Part shown: piece by piece, positions 39,127-53,094 of the stretch
How the letters are laid out: each line of letters starts with the position of its first letter
Position numbering within the stretch: the first letter of the stretch is position 1
Source of the DNA: Bigelowiella natans CCMP2755
Lineage: Eukaryota; Protista; Cercozoa
Reading direction: 5' to 3'
DNA: 64,000 nucleotides
NCBI GenBank assembly: GCA_000320545.1
Contig: ADNK01003163.1
Span: forward strand, 29,810-93,809
Translations under genes and position numbers: made by a program
The notes under the pieces: generated by a model
Told to the model about the DNA's origin: nothing
The model's input: only the letters and a program-made list of their open reading frames with translations
Databases searched by the model: none

Positions 39127-40796
39127 CTAGAGGTATGCACCTTTCGCAACAACACCAACACTGTCCTCCTTCCCGATATCACCGAGAACATCATTTTGAA
39201 GGAGTAGTACCTCCTTTCTGTCCGCTGATTCGAATCGAGAAGCTGTAAGCATCCTCCAACACCAATTGCAATAATGAAGAACACCATTATCTTGATCTCC
39301 TGCCGTATGGCCTCCTTCCCCTCGTATCGGCACTTTCGTGTAGTACAGGTTAACTACCATGAGAGCAATGATGATCCATCCCTCTAGATCCAACAGGAAA
39401 TTGTAATGATTGGCATTGTTGTGATAGATGGGGCTGTACCGTGAGTTCCTGGACGACACAAGTTCTCTCACTAAGAGGATACCCGTAAAAATGCACAACA
39501 ACAAATCCACAAATGCAAATGACAACAGCCATAAAAATCGTGAACGTAAATTTCTGAAATCATCCAGGCCTTGACCATCATCGACTCCTTCCTCGTAATT
39601 CAGGCTGCTGTGCCGATGGCTGTGATGATGTTGCTGCTGCTGCTGCTGCTCTCCTCTTTCTCCTACATCTGGGTCAACATTGCTGCTTTTACTGCCCTCT
39701 TTCTTAGTATAGAGCATGATGAAACTAATGAGTCGATATGCCTTTAGAAATACTACAGCCTCCACACCGCAGAGAAACAGGAACCGCCCAATCGTTTGTA
39801 CGGTCGTAGGGGCAGCTATAGTGTCAGTCGCCACGAGGTATAGAGTCCCAGTCAACTCCGTGAACGTGAACATCACACTTGGAACGATGTTTAAAGAGAA
39901 GAAGAACAAGAAGCAGAACAAGCAGAAGAAGAACAAACAACAAAAAGAAGTACTGTTCAAATTCGAATAATGGCGTATTTGTATCAGGGAAAGTAAGGGG
40001 CAGAGTCACTCTCTCCAGCCTTAACATCATTTTTGTCATTGTCTTGATATCTCATTCATTATCATTCATAAGCATTCAAGATATCATTATTATTTTTTAT
40101 GTCGTCTCTTAGCTCTGAGTTGTCGTTGTCATATTAAGAACGCAGTGTTTTTATTTTTCCCGCTCAATTTCTACAGTATTCACACCAACCCCGCGGCAAG
40201 AAATGGCATCGAAAGCTTCTTTATTTGGTGATTATCGCTACCGAGGACATATCTACGATAGAAAAGCACAGGCAGTAGAAGTTTATGTGTAAGTAGTAGC
40301 GACTATAAAGTGTATTTCCCAACTAACCCACAAATAAATAATACAGCCCTTATTTCTTCTGTTCTAATCTCAAGAACATAGTGCTTTTGCTAAGCGCGTA
40401 TATAGTTGTCGGTTTTTGTGTGCCTGTATCGTTATTTAATTTCCGCCCCCTCTTTCTTGTTCGCTTACAATATTACTTACTAGCTAGCACTTGTTGTTAC
40501 TACCTGATTTGAGACGAGAGCATTTCAGCGATACACACGTCTTGCCAGCCAATAGTAAGTACGAGAATCCCATCGAATAGAATATAGGCTCTCCAGTCAT
40601 CCAGTAAAAGTTTATGCTTTGTTCCAAACCGTAAGAACGCGAAAAGACACACGAAAATGTGTATCCATTGTAGTCTACGACGGAACCTATCCCGGGAGGG
40701 GGAGAGGAGGTACGTCACTCCTTTTACGCCAAGTATTACCACACCAGCGAGCTTCAAGCTGTCAGATATTTGCCAGTCGGTGTGTGCCGTTGTCAT
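39127..40796 (-). CDS. Seven-transmembrane (GPCR-like) membrane protein, 3 exons
   Basis: Exons at ~40796-40504, ~40252-40190 and ~39878-39127 join in frame. Seven hydrophobic segments, a long polar loop between TM5 and TM6, and a Cys-containing C-tail. Confidence 0.65.
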
Positions 40797-41331
40797 AATG
40801 ACTTAGACCTTCAGATTATGGAGAATGAATATAATATGTACATCTACATAGAAACACACATATATTTACATATATACATATATATTGAAAAATATATGTA
40901 TATGTATACATTGCTTTGGAAGAGCACATCGTCATATTCAAATAGTAACAGTGTGAAACACATTATTAGACGATAAATGATGATCCATGGGGTCCATGTC
41001 TTAGTACGATAGTACCATGCTTGTTATCTCTTTCCGTCTGCTTCTCTCTTCCCCTCCTCCTTGTCCTCCCTAAAGTAGCTTCCAGTACATGTAGAAGTAC
41101 CGGTAGATTGTTATCTCGTATTTTGGTTGCGACAACTCAATTCACTAAAAAAGTACACAAGTTCAAGGAGAATTTACCTTCCCTATAATTACATGTATAA
41201 ATTGCAAGACGTTTAAGAGTAACGACAAGCAATTCTCGGTTGATTTGCAATACTCGGATGATAGATCATCCTTCTCGTATCTCCTCCTCTTGCTCCTCAG
41301 CCATCCTCTGCCCCCCCCCTCTGACTAAGAC

Positions 41332-43175
41332 ATGACAACACCACGATCACTGACTCAGAGGCTTTTTCGATACAATAGTAAGAACAACCAGAAACAACGC
41401 ACAACTCTACCGACAATGAACAGCAACCTAACCCCAAGGAGCTCTATTCGGGTCCTCTCCCGCCGCCTTCTGGCAGCATCCTCTGCAGCAGCGTTTCTTG
41501 CGCCAGCTGCGTTCTCGGCTGGTGGTGGTGCTACAATGGGGAGATCACCATCTTTACGAAGCAATTTATTTTCGACGAGTAGTGGTTCTTCGAGATCGGG
41601 ATCATCATCATCATCATCATCATCATCATCTTTGCGGAGGAGGGGGAGAAGCAACGTAGTCGCAGCAGCAGGAGGAGGACCGCATTTGTATTCTGGGCTA
41701 CTACCTACGGCTCCTGCACCATTGCTGACCACAGAAATTGATCATCATCATCGCGACATTATCAGTTCATTGGATGTTGAGGATATTCGAGCAGAAATCG
41801 AAGAAGAACGGTCAAAACGAGATAGAGCTTCTGAACTCGGTCGTTCTTTAAGTGCTGTGTTCTCGAATTACATCAGCAGCATTCACTATGCAGCAGTAAC
41901 TCCGATGATCATAGAGGCACACGAGACGGCAAAGGACAAGCTTATTCAACACCTCACAGAATGGCCACAACCCCCTGGTTGTCGGGAATGGGGTCTGCAA
42001 AGCGCCATTGAACAATTTCTCATTGCAGAAGGCTTTGCACACTTTCTAAAAACTGGCAAGACCTTATCGCGCCACCAAATAGGAGCTGATCTTCTTCACG
42101 ATGAAGAGTGAGTTTGCTGCCGCCCCATGATGTCGACGATTTTGTAGCAGATTATTATCGTAGCATCAGATATATCATCATCATCAGCAGCAGCAGCAGC
42201 AGATATATACTTTATTATTCGTTGTAAATAACTTTCTTATCTCATGACACGATATCATTTTTCGCTGAACGACTTTGTTCTGTTGTTGCCGAGAAGTCAG
42301 TCATATTTCCGTCATCTTCCTCATCTGGTTGAGAGGATGTTTGTTATATTGTGTACTCAATCTTATTTGTTTTGCTTTTTAATTCCCGCAATAATAACAA
42401 CAACAACAGTGCGTGTAAACAATAATAAATTAAGATAATCGTATATTTTCAGATACATGGCCGGTGTGATGGGTATGTGCCAGGAGCTCTCACACTACTC
42501 AATGCGACGTGCTACAGAGTTGGACCAAAGTTCGGTGAGACTCTGCAGCAAGTTCATTCACGAAGTGAAGGAGGAGCTTCTTAACTTCAACTTCCGTAAC
42601 TCACCCCTTAGAAGGAGGTTTGATGGGATCAAATACGCTGAAAGACGCTGTGAGAACATATTATATGAGCTTTCATTTGCTCCAGGGCTTGCCACCCAAC
42701 AGTACGACAAAGCAAAGGAAGAATCATATCAACCGGCGAAAAGTAGGATCCAGCACCTCTCCTCCCCCTCTTCTTCTTCTTCTTCTTCTTCTTCTTCTTT
42801 GTCCTCACCGCTGTCATCATCGGTACTAAGCTCAAGGGAATGGGAAGACCTTCGAGTTGCATACGAAGCTAATGACGAAAGACGTGAACTTGTCATCAAG
42901 GGCTGTCGCGACGTTCAAAAGGCTGCCAAACAGGCCGTTTACGCCGCTCATCGTGGGAATATTTCCCAGGCACGGGATCTTATCGAAAAAGTTAGTTGCA
43001 GTAATAGTATTAATGGATGGGACAATCAATCTATGACGATTCCATAAACTACTACTGCTACTACTACTACCATTCATGATGATGATGTGGTAGTAGTAGT
43101 AGTAGTAGTAGTAGTACAACGTATTAATGATGATGATGATGATGATGATGATGATAGTAGTAGTACAACGTATTA

Positions 43176-43211
<36 letters not shown>

Positions 43212-43718
43212 CGTGTGATTTACAATCAATATATGGATATTAGGCCAACGTGGATATCAAGCGATTGCAGCAGGATTTGATAGCTGATGCTCCTAGTCTA
43301 CGCTATGGCTCATTCTCAGGTGCTCTAGAGGAATTGGCAGAGGCAGAGCTGTTTCTTCAATGGCTGGAGGAAGACGATGGCAATGATGATGATGATAAGG
43401 ACGAGGAAGAAAGAAGAAGAAGAGAATCAGAAGATAATAACAAGAGGCCATTACTGCCTCGGCGACAAGAGCTAGCCTCTGGTTTGCTTGATTACTCAGG
43501 GTAAAAGAAGAAGTAGTGGTGTTGTCCGCTCACATATATACGTAGCATGCATCATCAATTATGTGATGATGATCATGATGATGCAGGGGAGGGCGAGGAT
43601 AGAGACGACGTAGAAAAATGAGGTGGGGAGGGAGGGTCAATTGAACAACTACTACTAATCAAGAAAACATAGTAAATCGCACTCAGAGAATAATGTGGTA
43701 GTATTAGCTATTTTTAGT

Positions 43719-43760
<42 letters not shown>

Positions 43761-44303
43761 AGTACAGCAGCAATCAAAAAATGAATGAATGATGGTGGTA
43801 ATACATCATCATCATCATCATCATAATTTTATGAGTATGATGCCTTTGACCACTTCTACCGCTACTACTACTACTACTACTACTGCTGCTACTACTATAT
43901 AAGGTACCTAGGAGCCCTGAGCGACTTTACAGGGGAGGTTGGGAGAGTTGCAGTGGAGAAAGCTATACGAAGAGATACGAAAATGGTGAGAAAATGCCTC
44001 CACTCAGTATTCGCATCTTACACATTGCTTGCAAGCCTACCCCTACAAGGAAAAAATAATATGAGGAAGGTGGATGCTGCTAAAAACAACTTTCGAAAGT
44101 TGGAAGCAATTGAATATGATCTAGCTGTGCGCTCCTTTGACAGCGATCGAAGAAGTGGTGATGGGGGTGAAAATCAGCAGCAGCAGCATCGCACATCAAT
44201 GATGATGAGGATTGATCAAGAGAGAACTAACAATGGAAGAAGGCAGCAGCAGGGTGATGATGAAAGTGATGATAGCTATGTAGTTGATGACGACCGCCGC
44301 TAG
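41332..44303 (+). CDS. Tandem Translin + TRAX-like fusion protein (single-chain C3PO-like) with Ser/Arg-rich N-terminal leader; 4 exons
   Basis: Exons 41332-42107, 42453-42990, 43244-43500 and 43904-44303 splice in frame. Domain 1: YMAGVMGMCQELSHY...NFRNSPLRRRFDGIKY...ILYELS (translin-like). Domain 2: RELVIKGCRDVQKAAKQAVYAAH, GALEELAEA, YLGALSDFTGEVGR (TRAX-like). Confidence 0.88.
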
Positions 44304-45033
44304 TAGATTTTATCAAAAATCAATGAAAAATATTACTATTGCCACTACCTATAATTATGTGTGTTGAATAAATATTTTAAAACGTTATGTCGCAAGCGAT
44401 GGAATTCCTTCTAAAATTAATAGCTTGGAAATGACTAAATACCAAGCAGATGATCATGAGCCGTATCGTTGTTTGAAGCTGTACAATTATCCTTCATGAG
44501 TCGTATGGTGATACTATATTTCTATTATTTCTATTATTTCTATCTAGCTATTATGTATGCAAGCATGGAAGCTAATGCTTCTTCAAGCGATCTGCTCAAA
44601 GATTTTGTACTTTCTTAGTCTGCCGCACTTACTAACATAGCATTGCATCGAAATGCATATGCAGAGCATTATAAAGCACTCAGCATTCTTTGACCACATA
44701 TTTACCACGGAATGCATCATAGCCTACCTTGCATTGACGGCTATTCTGATACAACACATGCATCACGCGCGTTCTATTTATTTGCTGCCGCCATCACGGT
44801 TTTACAACTAGCTGGTTGCTGATGACGCAGCAGTCACAATGAATGCCACCACCATTCATGGGTAGACACTATACGTGTTGAACAATAGACATGTCGTAGC
44901 ACAAAATAAAGCAAGGGAGCTGCGCTGGGACACCAAATTGTGCACATTCTTATGCATGAAAGCCTGTACGTGATGTTGACAACAAAAGAGACGACTGTAT
45001 CGTAAACATCACAAATAATGGTGCACGACACAG

Positions 45034-45078
<45 letters not shown>

Positions 45079-45600
45079 CCCAACACACACGCACACACCC
45101 AACACACACCAATAAGTCATGCGTTACATTTTTATACATGTGTGTCTGTGGCGCATTTGTTGATGTGCATGGCTATTTGCATAGCTACATATACATGAAT
45201 GTACGCATGCTTTTATACTGTCCTCAAATGACGTGTACATGTGAATGTGTGAGTATGGATAAAGTCACACGCAGTTAACTACTATAATGGCACATAGTAC
45301 ATAGTTGTAGCTGTTGTGTCCATTTGATGCTATGACACATTATTGTGGGTGATGCTCGCCACAGAGTAGTTTGTACGTAGTCGTCGTGTCTATTGTTACG
45401 TGTATGAATGTGCATCTGTGCGTGCTTGTCTGCTGCAAAAGCCACAAATTCTACCAATCTCCATAAGCATATATGTATGTTCTACTTATGGGCGATGTCT
45501 TTTATAACATCTACACGTTTATCATGTACAGGATTTCCTTATGTATCTCGTTGTGAAAGTACATTTATTCTTAATTCTGCTTATTTGATTATGCATATTT

Positions 45601-48600
45601 CTAGAGAACATCATTCTTCTTCTTCTTTTTAAGTAATGATCGAGGAATTGGCGGACGAACTGACATATAGTAGGCAAGCCCAAATAAAGGCACCTGGTAC
45701 AACAAATACGAATAACAGTTAATAGTAATCATACAGTAAAGCTCAGTATTAAGCAAAAATGATATCGAATATCGAATATTTCTTGGAACAAAATAAAATA
45801 TTATAGATGTTTATGAAAATGTGGTCAACCTCTCGAAACATCTGATGGTTGAATGATGTACTCGTAACAATGTGATATGTTTGTTTTCAGTCGGAACACT
45901 TTAAATCGATTCATACCAATCGAGTAGCCCACAAAACTTTCGAATCATCAAAGTTACGTCTACGCATATCATCTGGAACCTGTTGTTTTAAAATCAAAGA
46001 AGCAAAGATGTTGGAATCATCGAGGAATTTGGTCTCCACTTCTGTTAGTAGTCGTCAAACGATAGATAATCAATGATTGTTTGGCTACTACTACCAGTGT
46101 TACTACTACTACGATGTTACTAGTACATATGTAGTTGCAGTTGTTGTGAGTAGTAGCACTGGTTATATTCACCATCCAAGATTGAAGAAGTGCAAATATT
46201 CCCATATCGACTAGAAAAGAGTAAGCGAGCCTGTCATTCTAATATGTAGTACAAGTAGTAATAGTAATTGATCATAGGTGTAAGTAAGTAAGTAAGTAAG
46301 AAGTGGTATTATAAGGATGATAATAACGACCTAGATCACCATTGATAGTATTCCTCTAATCCTACGATTTCTTCAACTTATATATTCATACTTTATTAAT
46401 AATTGCTACTCATATGACGACGGCTAAATAAGCTCACGATCTTCTTCCTGGTAGGGTTTGTTCTAATGCTTACAACAACCTACTACCTTTAAGATTTGAA
46501 GAAAATCGGCACCCCTTTGAGATAAATCTAGTGTTATAAATAGATAACAAACACATGATGATGATGATGATCCCGTGAAGGTAATGTTGTTAAAGTTGTA
46601 TATGAGGAGGAGGAAGTTTCTATAACATCAAGATGCATAGCAGCAGAGTTTGCTATATATTATTTAATATGCAGTGTTGGATACATACTATGAGTAATAG
46701 TTAGGAGTCATCAGACTACCTCCATATTCTGGTCTGGCAAATAGACCCCAGAATATAGAAAATGCTGCCATAGATCCGACAGTCACCCCAAAATATTTGC
46801 TGATATATAGATAGATAGGAAGGAAAAAGAAGAAGATCGTAGTGTTACTACATAATATCCACAAATAATAAATAGTAGTAATAATAATACAACATAATAC
46901 GACATGCTATAATGAATCATCAAAACATTGAGTATTATTGGATGGAGGTGTAAATCTAATGTTGATGCATATTGTTGGAGATTATAGTAAGTGATGATGA
47001 TTCCTGTGGTGTTTGTCTTCTATTTGTCATCGACTATTCTCGTCATATGGAGAGCGTAAAATACAGAGAACAACAGAGTTCTTCTTAATATTATTATCAT
47101 AATCGCGTACTAGTAGTATTGGTAGTGTAGTAGTAGTAGTAGTAGTAGTAGTAGTGCTTTATATACGATTGGCTATTTACCAATCAATACATTTATCGGT
47201 TTTTAACAAACAACAAATTTGATGGCAATAATAATATTACACGTCGTCATCATCGTTGTAATAATAATCTGGGAATAATGATACAACGTACTTACTTTTC
47301 CACGATATTCTCTACTCTATCTTCAAAGGGAACCACGTCGTTTATCCCCGCTCCGTTTTGTTCTTCTTCTTCTACTTCCATGACTTGTTGTCGAGGAGAC
47401 AGAGAGGGGGCACTTGTCCTAGAAGAACAACAACAACCAAGCAATACATTAAACCGCAACAAATACTACAAATATGATGATGGCAAGATTATTATGTGGA
47501 GAAAGATCTTCCCAGAGAAATGCAGAACAAATTAATATGTAGTAAGTGAAATTAATATAAAAGAGTGGGTGGGGGTAAGGAATGTAGGTATGCATCTATT
47601 TATGAGTGCTGCTGCCTTAAATATGTAGTAGAAGTAGTAGTAGTAGTAGTAGCACATTATCATCATTATCATCATCATCACAGACGAAGAAGAATAGCAG
47701 GTCAAGACTATTATGCACCTCATGTAGTAGTAATTAATTGAAACAGCATTAATGGTACTACTAGAGAACAACATATGTTGTTATTATAACGACATAATAA
47801 GACTAGTTTGCAGCAACATCTAATGATAATACCGTAATGCAAGATATGGAATGAAGAAGATGTTGGTAAGAAAAGATGATCCAATCAAAAACCTTTGGTT
47901 TATATTATTAAATTGTATTAGTAGTCATTGAAAAGCTAGCATGTTTCTTCGCAATTACTGCTGCTGCTGCTGCTGCTCCCACTGATGATGATGATGATGA
48001 TAATGATGATGATGATGATGATAATACCCCCCTTCTTACATCCTTCATCCTTCTATTCTGTTCTACAATAAATCTGCATCATCAGTATTATAGACTAAAT
48101 ATCACCCAACATCCTACTCTGTTATCCAATGCTGCTGCATCATGATCATCATCATTATACGCTAAATATCACTCACTCACCCAAGGGTGCTAACTCCCTT
48201 CTTTTGGCTTCGTCCTTCTGTGATAAATCCTATGAAAAAGTCAACTGTTTGTTGTTGTTTTACCATTTAATAATAATATTTCTTGTATCATCTTTTCCAT
48301 GCAAATTTCTGTCGCCCAACGTTGTTAAAAACAACACTTGTTTAAAATTCTTCGCTCATGATAATCCTACCGAAGTATAAGACACTCCATGTTACAAGAG
48401 TTTCAAACAAGCCTTCAAACGCAGGATGGATCACCTGTTGGGAGGTAGTTGAAATAATAATAACAATAATAATAATAATAATAATATGAACTTTTAAATG
48501 GATCAAGCAATCAAAATTCGTAATCCTCTCTCAGTATAAACCTCACAGTAAGCAGATTCTTAAAGTACCACCACGCACATATGACGAAGAATTTAGCTTT

Positions 48601-50304
48601 TTGTTTTACTTACCGGTGCAAGTTGAGGAAGGAGTATTGGGGTTACAAACCAGAAATTAATACTCAATTGAATTGCCTCCTGGGTACACGTAAGAAGTTA
48701 CATTAGTAACATAGAATAATTCCCTTGTTCTTTACGCAATAATTTAAAAATATATTTCTTAGTAGTAGTGGTACTGCTGACAAACTTTGACAATAACTCA
48801 CGCAACAGCAGCAGCAGCAGCAGCAGTGTAGGTGATATGTTGGCAGATCGGGTAGTAAGTTTTTACTGCTGCGTTGCTTCTACTACTACTACTTCTACTA
48901 CTACTTCTACTACTACTACTTCTACTACTACTACTTCTACTACTACTACTTCTACTACTACTACTTCTACTACTACTACTTCTACTCCTACTTCTACTAC
49001 TACTACTTTTACTACTACTACTACTTCTACTACCGTCAAATCATGTGGATCAAGGGATGTAGCAGGAGATCCTTGTAGTAGTAGTAGAAGTAGGAGTAGT
49101 AGTAGTACGGATAACAACATACATATGCACTACTATTAAGATTTTCTTCATTTCAGATATAATGTACGATATGTTTCCTTCTTTGTGATAAATTACTACA
49201 ATATTTCAATCCTCTCACTCATTAGATACCCATCTTGCTAATATGAAACACATGATGATCTCATTTTATTACTAGGATTCATTCATTCTACTACTCGACC
49301 AATCTACCACCACCACCTTAGTAGTAGTACCAGCTAAATACTACGCCTACCTGGGGCATTAGGCGTTAAAAGCACAAACCACATATACGCCGCCCACAAC
49401 AGTCCCAGAGTAATCTGTGGGTGAATATAAAAAAGAAACGGAATATGAGTGGCAAGAATGACTCTATTATCAAGCGAGATGAGATGTTATTGTTGTTGTC
49501 TTAATTATCATTGTTCGTGCTTCCGAAGAAGAAGAACAAGAAGAAGAAGAATAAAAAGGACTGTTCTTAAAATCATCAATACAACACTTTGAGTATGATT
49601 TTGTACCTACCTTCGTTGCTGTGTTATCTCCAGAAAACTGAGGAAGGATTCCAGAAGAAGAAGAAGGAGAAGAAGAAAGTGATGAAGACGACGCAGCAGT
49701 TGAATGAGACTCATCATCATCATCACCATCCTCTCTGGATGATGGAGGAGTAGCCTTCACAGCTATATTCCGTTGTTGTTGCTGCCACCGCCATCGCTTC
49801 TTAATTTTCCGATGTTCTAACAATAAATTAATTGTAAAAAATAAATCAAATGGTTAGAAAGCCACCACCAAGGAGTTACTATCACTACTACAAATACCAG
49901 CTCTGTTCTTCCTACTCTATGACTGGTAACGACGGCGAAGACGTGTGATACAAAATTTCATTCTACACCATTAATTAACAGGTTTTGACTGATGTCCATT
50001 CTTCGTAAATACGTAATAGAGTGGTGGATTTCGTTGCACGCACTATGAGAAATATTCAATTACCACAACCGTCGAGGAAGGCGGCGATAGCTGTGGAATG
50101 CCTCTTCTTGTTGTTGTTGTTGTTGTTCTTCTTCTTCTTCTTCATCATCATCTTTCGTGAATTGTAGTTCAACAACGGATATGTTGTTGGTGGAGTGTGT
50201 GCCAATGTCATAGAGGATGATTGCAGGTGATTATGAAGGTTTGCTCCAGGAAGGATTGCAGGTTGTGGGGGAGCTAGCATGTAATGTAGAGTTGCTGCTG
50301 CCAT
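45601..50304 (-). CDS. Multi-pass membrane protein resembling a conserved plant/cyanobacterial uncharacterised family (DUF2834-like), probably plastid-targeted
   Basis: Exons read LWAAYMWFVLLTPNAPG / LSINFWFVTP..LAP / VIHPAFEGLF..LVTW / LTNIFFIPYLALR / FWGLFARPEYG / DRLAYSFLVDMGIFALLQSWM / VPLFGLAYYMSVRP...VL* (stop at 45601). 5' end uncertain. Family assignment is from motif recall. Confidence 0.6.
48878..49031. repeat. Intronic (CTA)n-derived 15-bp minisatellite
   Basis: Units of ACTTCTACTACTACT. Confidence 0.85.
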
Positions 50305-50669
50305 TCTGTTATAGTAGTACTTGGCAGCTGAAAAGTAGTATTAGTAGTAATAGTAGTAGTAATAGGAGTTGGTGGAAAGGGGGAGAGAAAGTAGTAAGTA
50401 GCAAATAGTAGAAGATCATTGAAATAGAATATGCATAGCAGTCAATAGAACACATCATGCATACAAAGACTTGCAGCAGGAAACAAATGAGAAGGAAACC
50501 TTCAGTGCTTTGCTGAGCGGCTATGTCCTTTGCTGGTGGAGATATGTGATACTTCGTTCGGTGCAATATGAACACTTATTATTCAAAAGTTAATGTCAAG
50601 TAGTAGCAGTAGGTGGCGTGGTGGTGTGGATTTGTATTGTTATCAGTCTCCTCCTCGTTGTAGATCTAA

Positions 50670-50704
<35 letters not shown>

Positions 50705-50910
50705 CTCCTCCTCGTCGTCGTCGCGTCGTCTGGCAGCAGCAGTCCCATTATCAGTCATCTCAAATGCCAATAGAAGATAGAAATCCCTTGCTTCACAGAT
50801 GAACGACATGGATGATGTCTCCATTTCAACAAAAATGCCAGCGATTTACATCTCAACGATAAGATTCACAGTGCATGATTGAAACTTATTATTTGTCTGG
50901 TCGTACAAAT

Positions 50911-52240
50911 GTGAACAAACTTGATTTCATCGTCTGATGATCAATGCTTTGTTCATCTTCATCTTCATCATCTTCCCTTCGATTCAAGCGTCGGAACGAG
51001 AGGCTTGCACTTGCACTTGAAAGTCACCAATTGGCCGCCATCATGCATGAATCGAAATGAAGAAACAAAACGACTGATTGCAGCTCTGGAGCTGAAATGA
51101 GACACGGAAACAATGAAACAATGATGAAGAACTACGTTTCCAAAGTGTTGCAAGACACTTGCAGTGTGCAAAATGCAGTGCCTCGAACAGGTTTCAGTGA
51201 GGACTGTGACTAGCAAATCAACTAGCTGGTTCACCAAAATGGCATGACGGATGTGCGTGCATTGAGACGCATTGCTAGATTGACCGCATGCCAGCATGCA
51301 TGTGGCTAGCGAGAGAACTTTCTTTGATGCTTTCAAATGCACGAAACACACACAAGTGCTGCAGCTGCTGTTTTGCACAGCTGCGTGCATTCAGACATGC
51401 ATGTCTGCACCAGGATGACCATGGCATTGAAAACGTTTGATCACTTCATCACGCACATCCGTCTCACGTGTCCAGGTGTGCATGTGTGCACGACGTGCCG
51501 TTGATCATGTCAATTGTCATTGCAAGATGTCGCAATGTGCAAATCATTGCACCCACAACTGTGTCAATCCCGGCAACGAGTGGGTTTTGAACAAACTGTG
51601 CTTTGCGCGTGCGGCCTGGCGCGCTCAATCAATGAACAATGAACAATGATGACGAACTACATTTCCAAAGTGTTGCAAGACATTTGCAGTGTGCGAAATG
51701 CAGTGCCTCAATCGTTGCAATTGGACATTGGAAGCACACTGGAGCCTGTTTGAGGTTCAAATTTGATTTTTTTTTCGAATTTCAGCTTGAAAACCTCACT
51801 TTTCAACGCCTGCCAGCGGGCGAATGTGCGAAAATTGAAAAATTCTTGCCACTTTTGAACACGCTGGCGCATTTGCATTTGCGTGCCACAAGTTTTGCAA
51901 GCTCATGAGGGTGCGTGCACACTGGCTTCATGGACATGCGAAGTTTCAGCACACGCACGCAAAAAGCATGCACCTGGGCGCGCAGGTGTGTGCTCAATGA
52001 CCCTCAATTGAAAATTCATGCCATTCGTTGCACGTTTGATGCAGTTGTGCCAGTGCAATCTGTGCAAAAACAAGAATTTGTAGCGGCATCGCATGCCACG
52101 TTGAGGTGGCCACCTGCACCCGATTGTTTGCGCAATGCATGATTGAGATGCAACATCCAAAGTCGTCATCATGCTAGCATGCCATGGTGTTCGATTGGCA
52201 TTCGCCATGTGTTCTGTTGTGAACATGCGAAGTCAGTTGT
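50911..52240. repeat. TpA-depleted composite repeat region containing family A copy 2 and two family B copies
   Basis: Shares blocks with ~2390-2420, 2752-3045 and 3204-3304. Only 8 TpA counted in ~1330 bp. Confidence 0.8.
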
Positions 52241-52256
52241 GCGATTTGTACCTACA

Positions 52257-53058
52257 TCAGGACCCGCTTGTGGAAGAGGTTGCAGCAGGTTTTGTGTTCC
52301 CCCCCCCCGTCCCCGTCGTAGCAGCAGTGGTGTTGATAGACATAGCGGAAGCAGGCAGTGCAGGAGGCGGTGGCGTCTGCTCAGATAGTCCAGATGCCGC
52401 GTTGTCACTTTGTTGCGACACGACTGCACCTCCTCTACCTGCTGCTGAAGCGGACACCGGTGGTGTTGGTGTGGGTGCTACTACTGTGAAAGAGGAGGTC
52501 CCAGTGATGCTTGTTGGAGGAGACATCTGGCCAGCAGAAGGTGGAACTGATGCAACTACAACACCTTCTGCATCATTACTTCCGGCTGCTGGAACGCCAC
52601 CTGCTGCTCCTGCGATGTTTGTCGTTATCAAAGCAGCAGGGGGAAGAGGAGGAGGAGGAGGAGGTGGAGGTACACCTTCCCCTGCTGTAACAGAAAGAGC
52701 TGCTTTTAATCTCACTACATAATTTGTGAAGTCCTTGTTGTCTTTATGCTTATCCTCGTAGGTCTCGATAATTCGTTGAATGTGACTTTGGACCACAGAA
52801 ACGACATGACTTCCATCACGATCTGCAGAGAACAACAGGACAGCAACAAAATAGACAACATTGATTATCAATGATACCATGGGCAGTATAAACAATTATC
52901 TAAGTAGAAACTGCCTGAAAGCTGTCCTACATCACCACCACCACACCACCACCGCGATCACACAGCGGTTGGAATCATATTCCATCAAGTGAAAAGGTGT
53001 TTAGGATGACAATCTTCTTCATATCACCGTGATCATCACACTCCATCATCATCAAATG

Positions 53059-53094
<36 letters not shown>

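Noticed and set aside
48768-49139. Poly-Leu, poly-Thr and poly-Val ORFs
   Set aside because: Translations of an intronic (CTA)n minisatellite. The same applies to the many poly-I/M/L/Y ORFs in the track.
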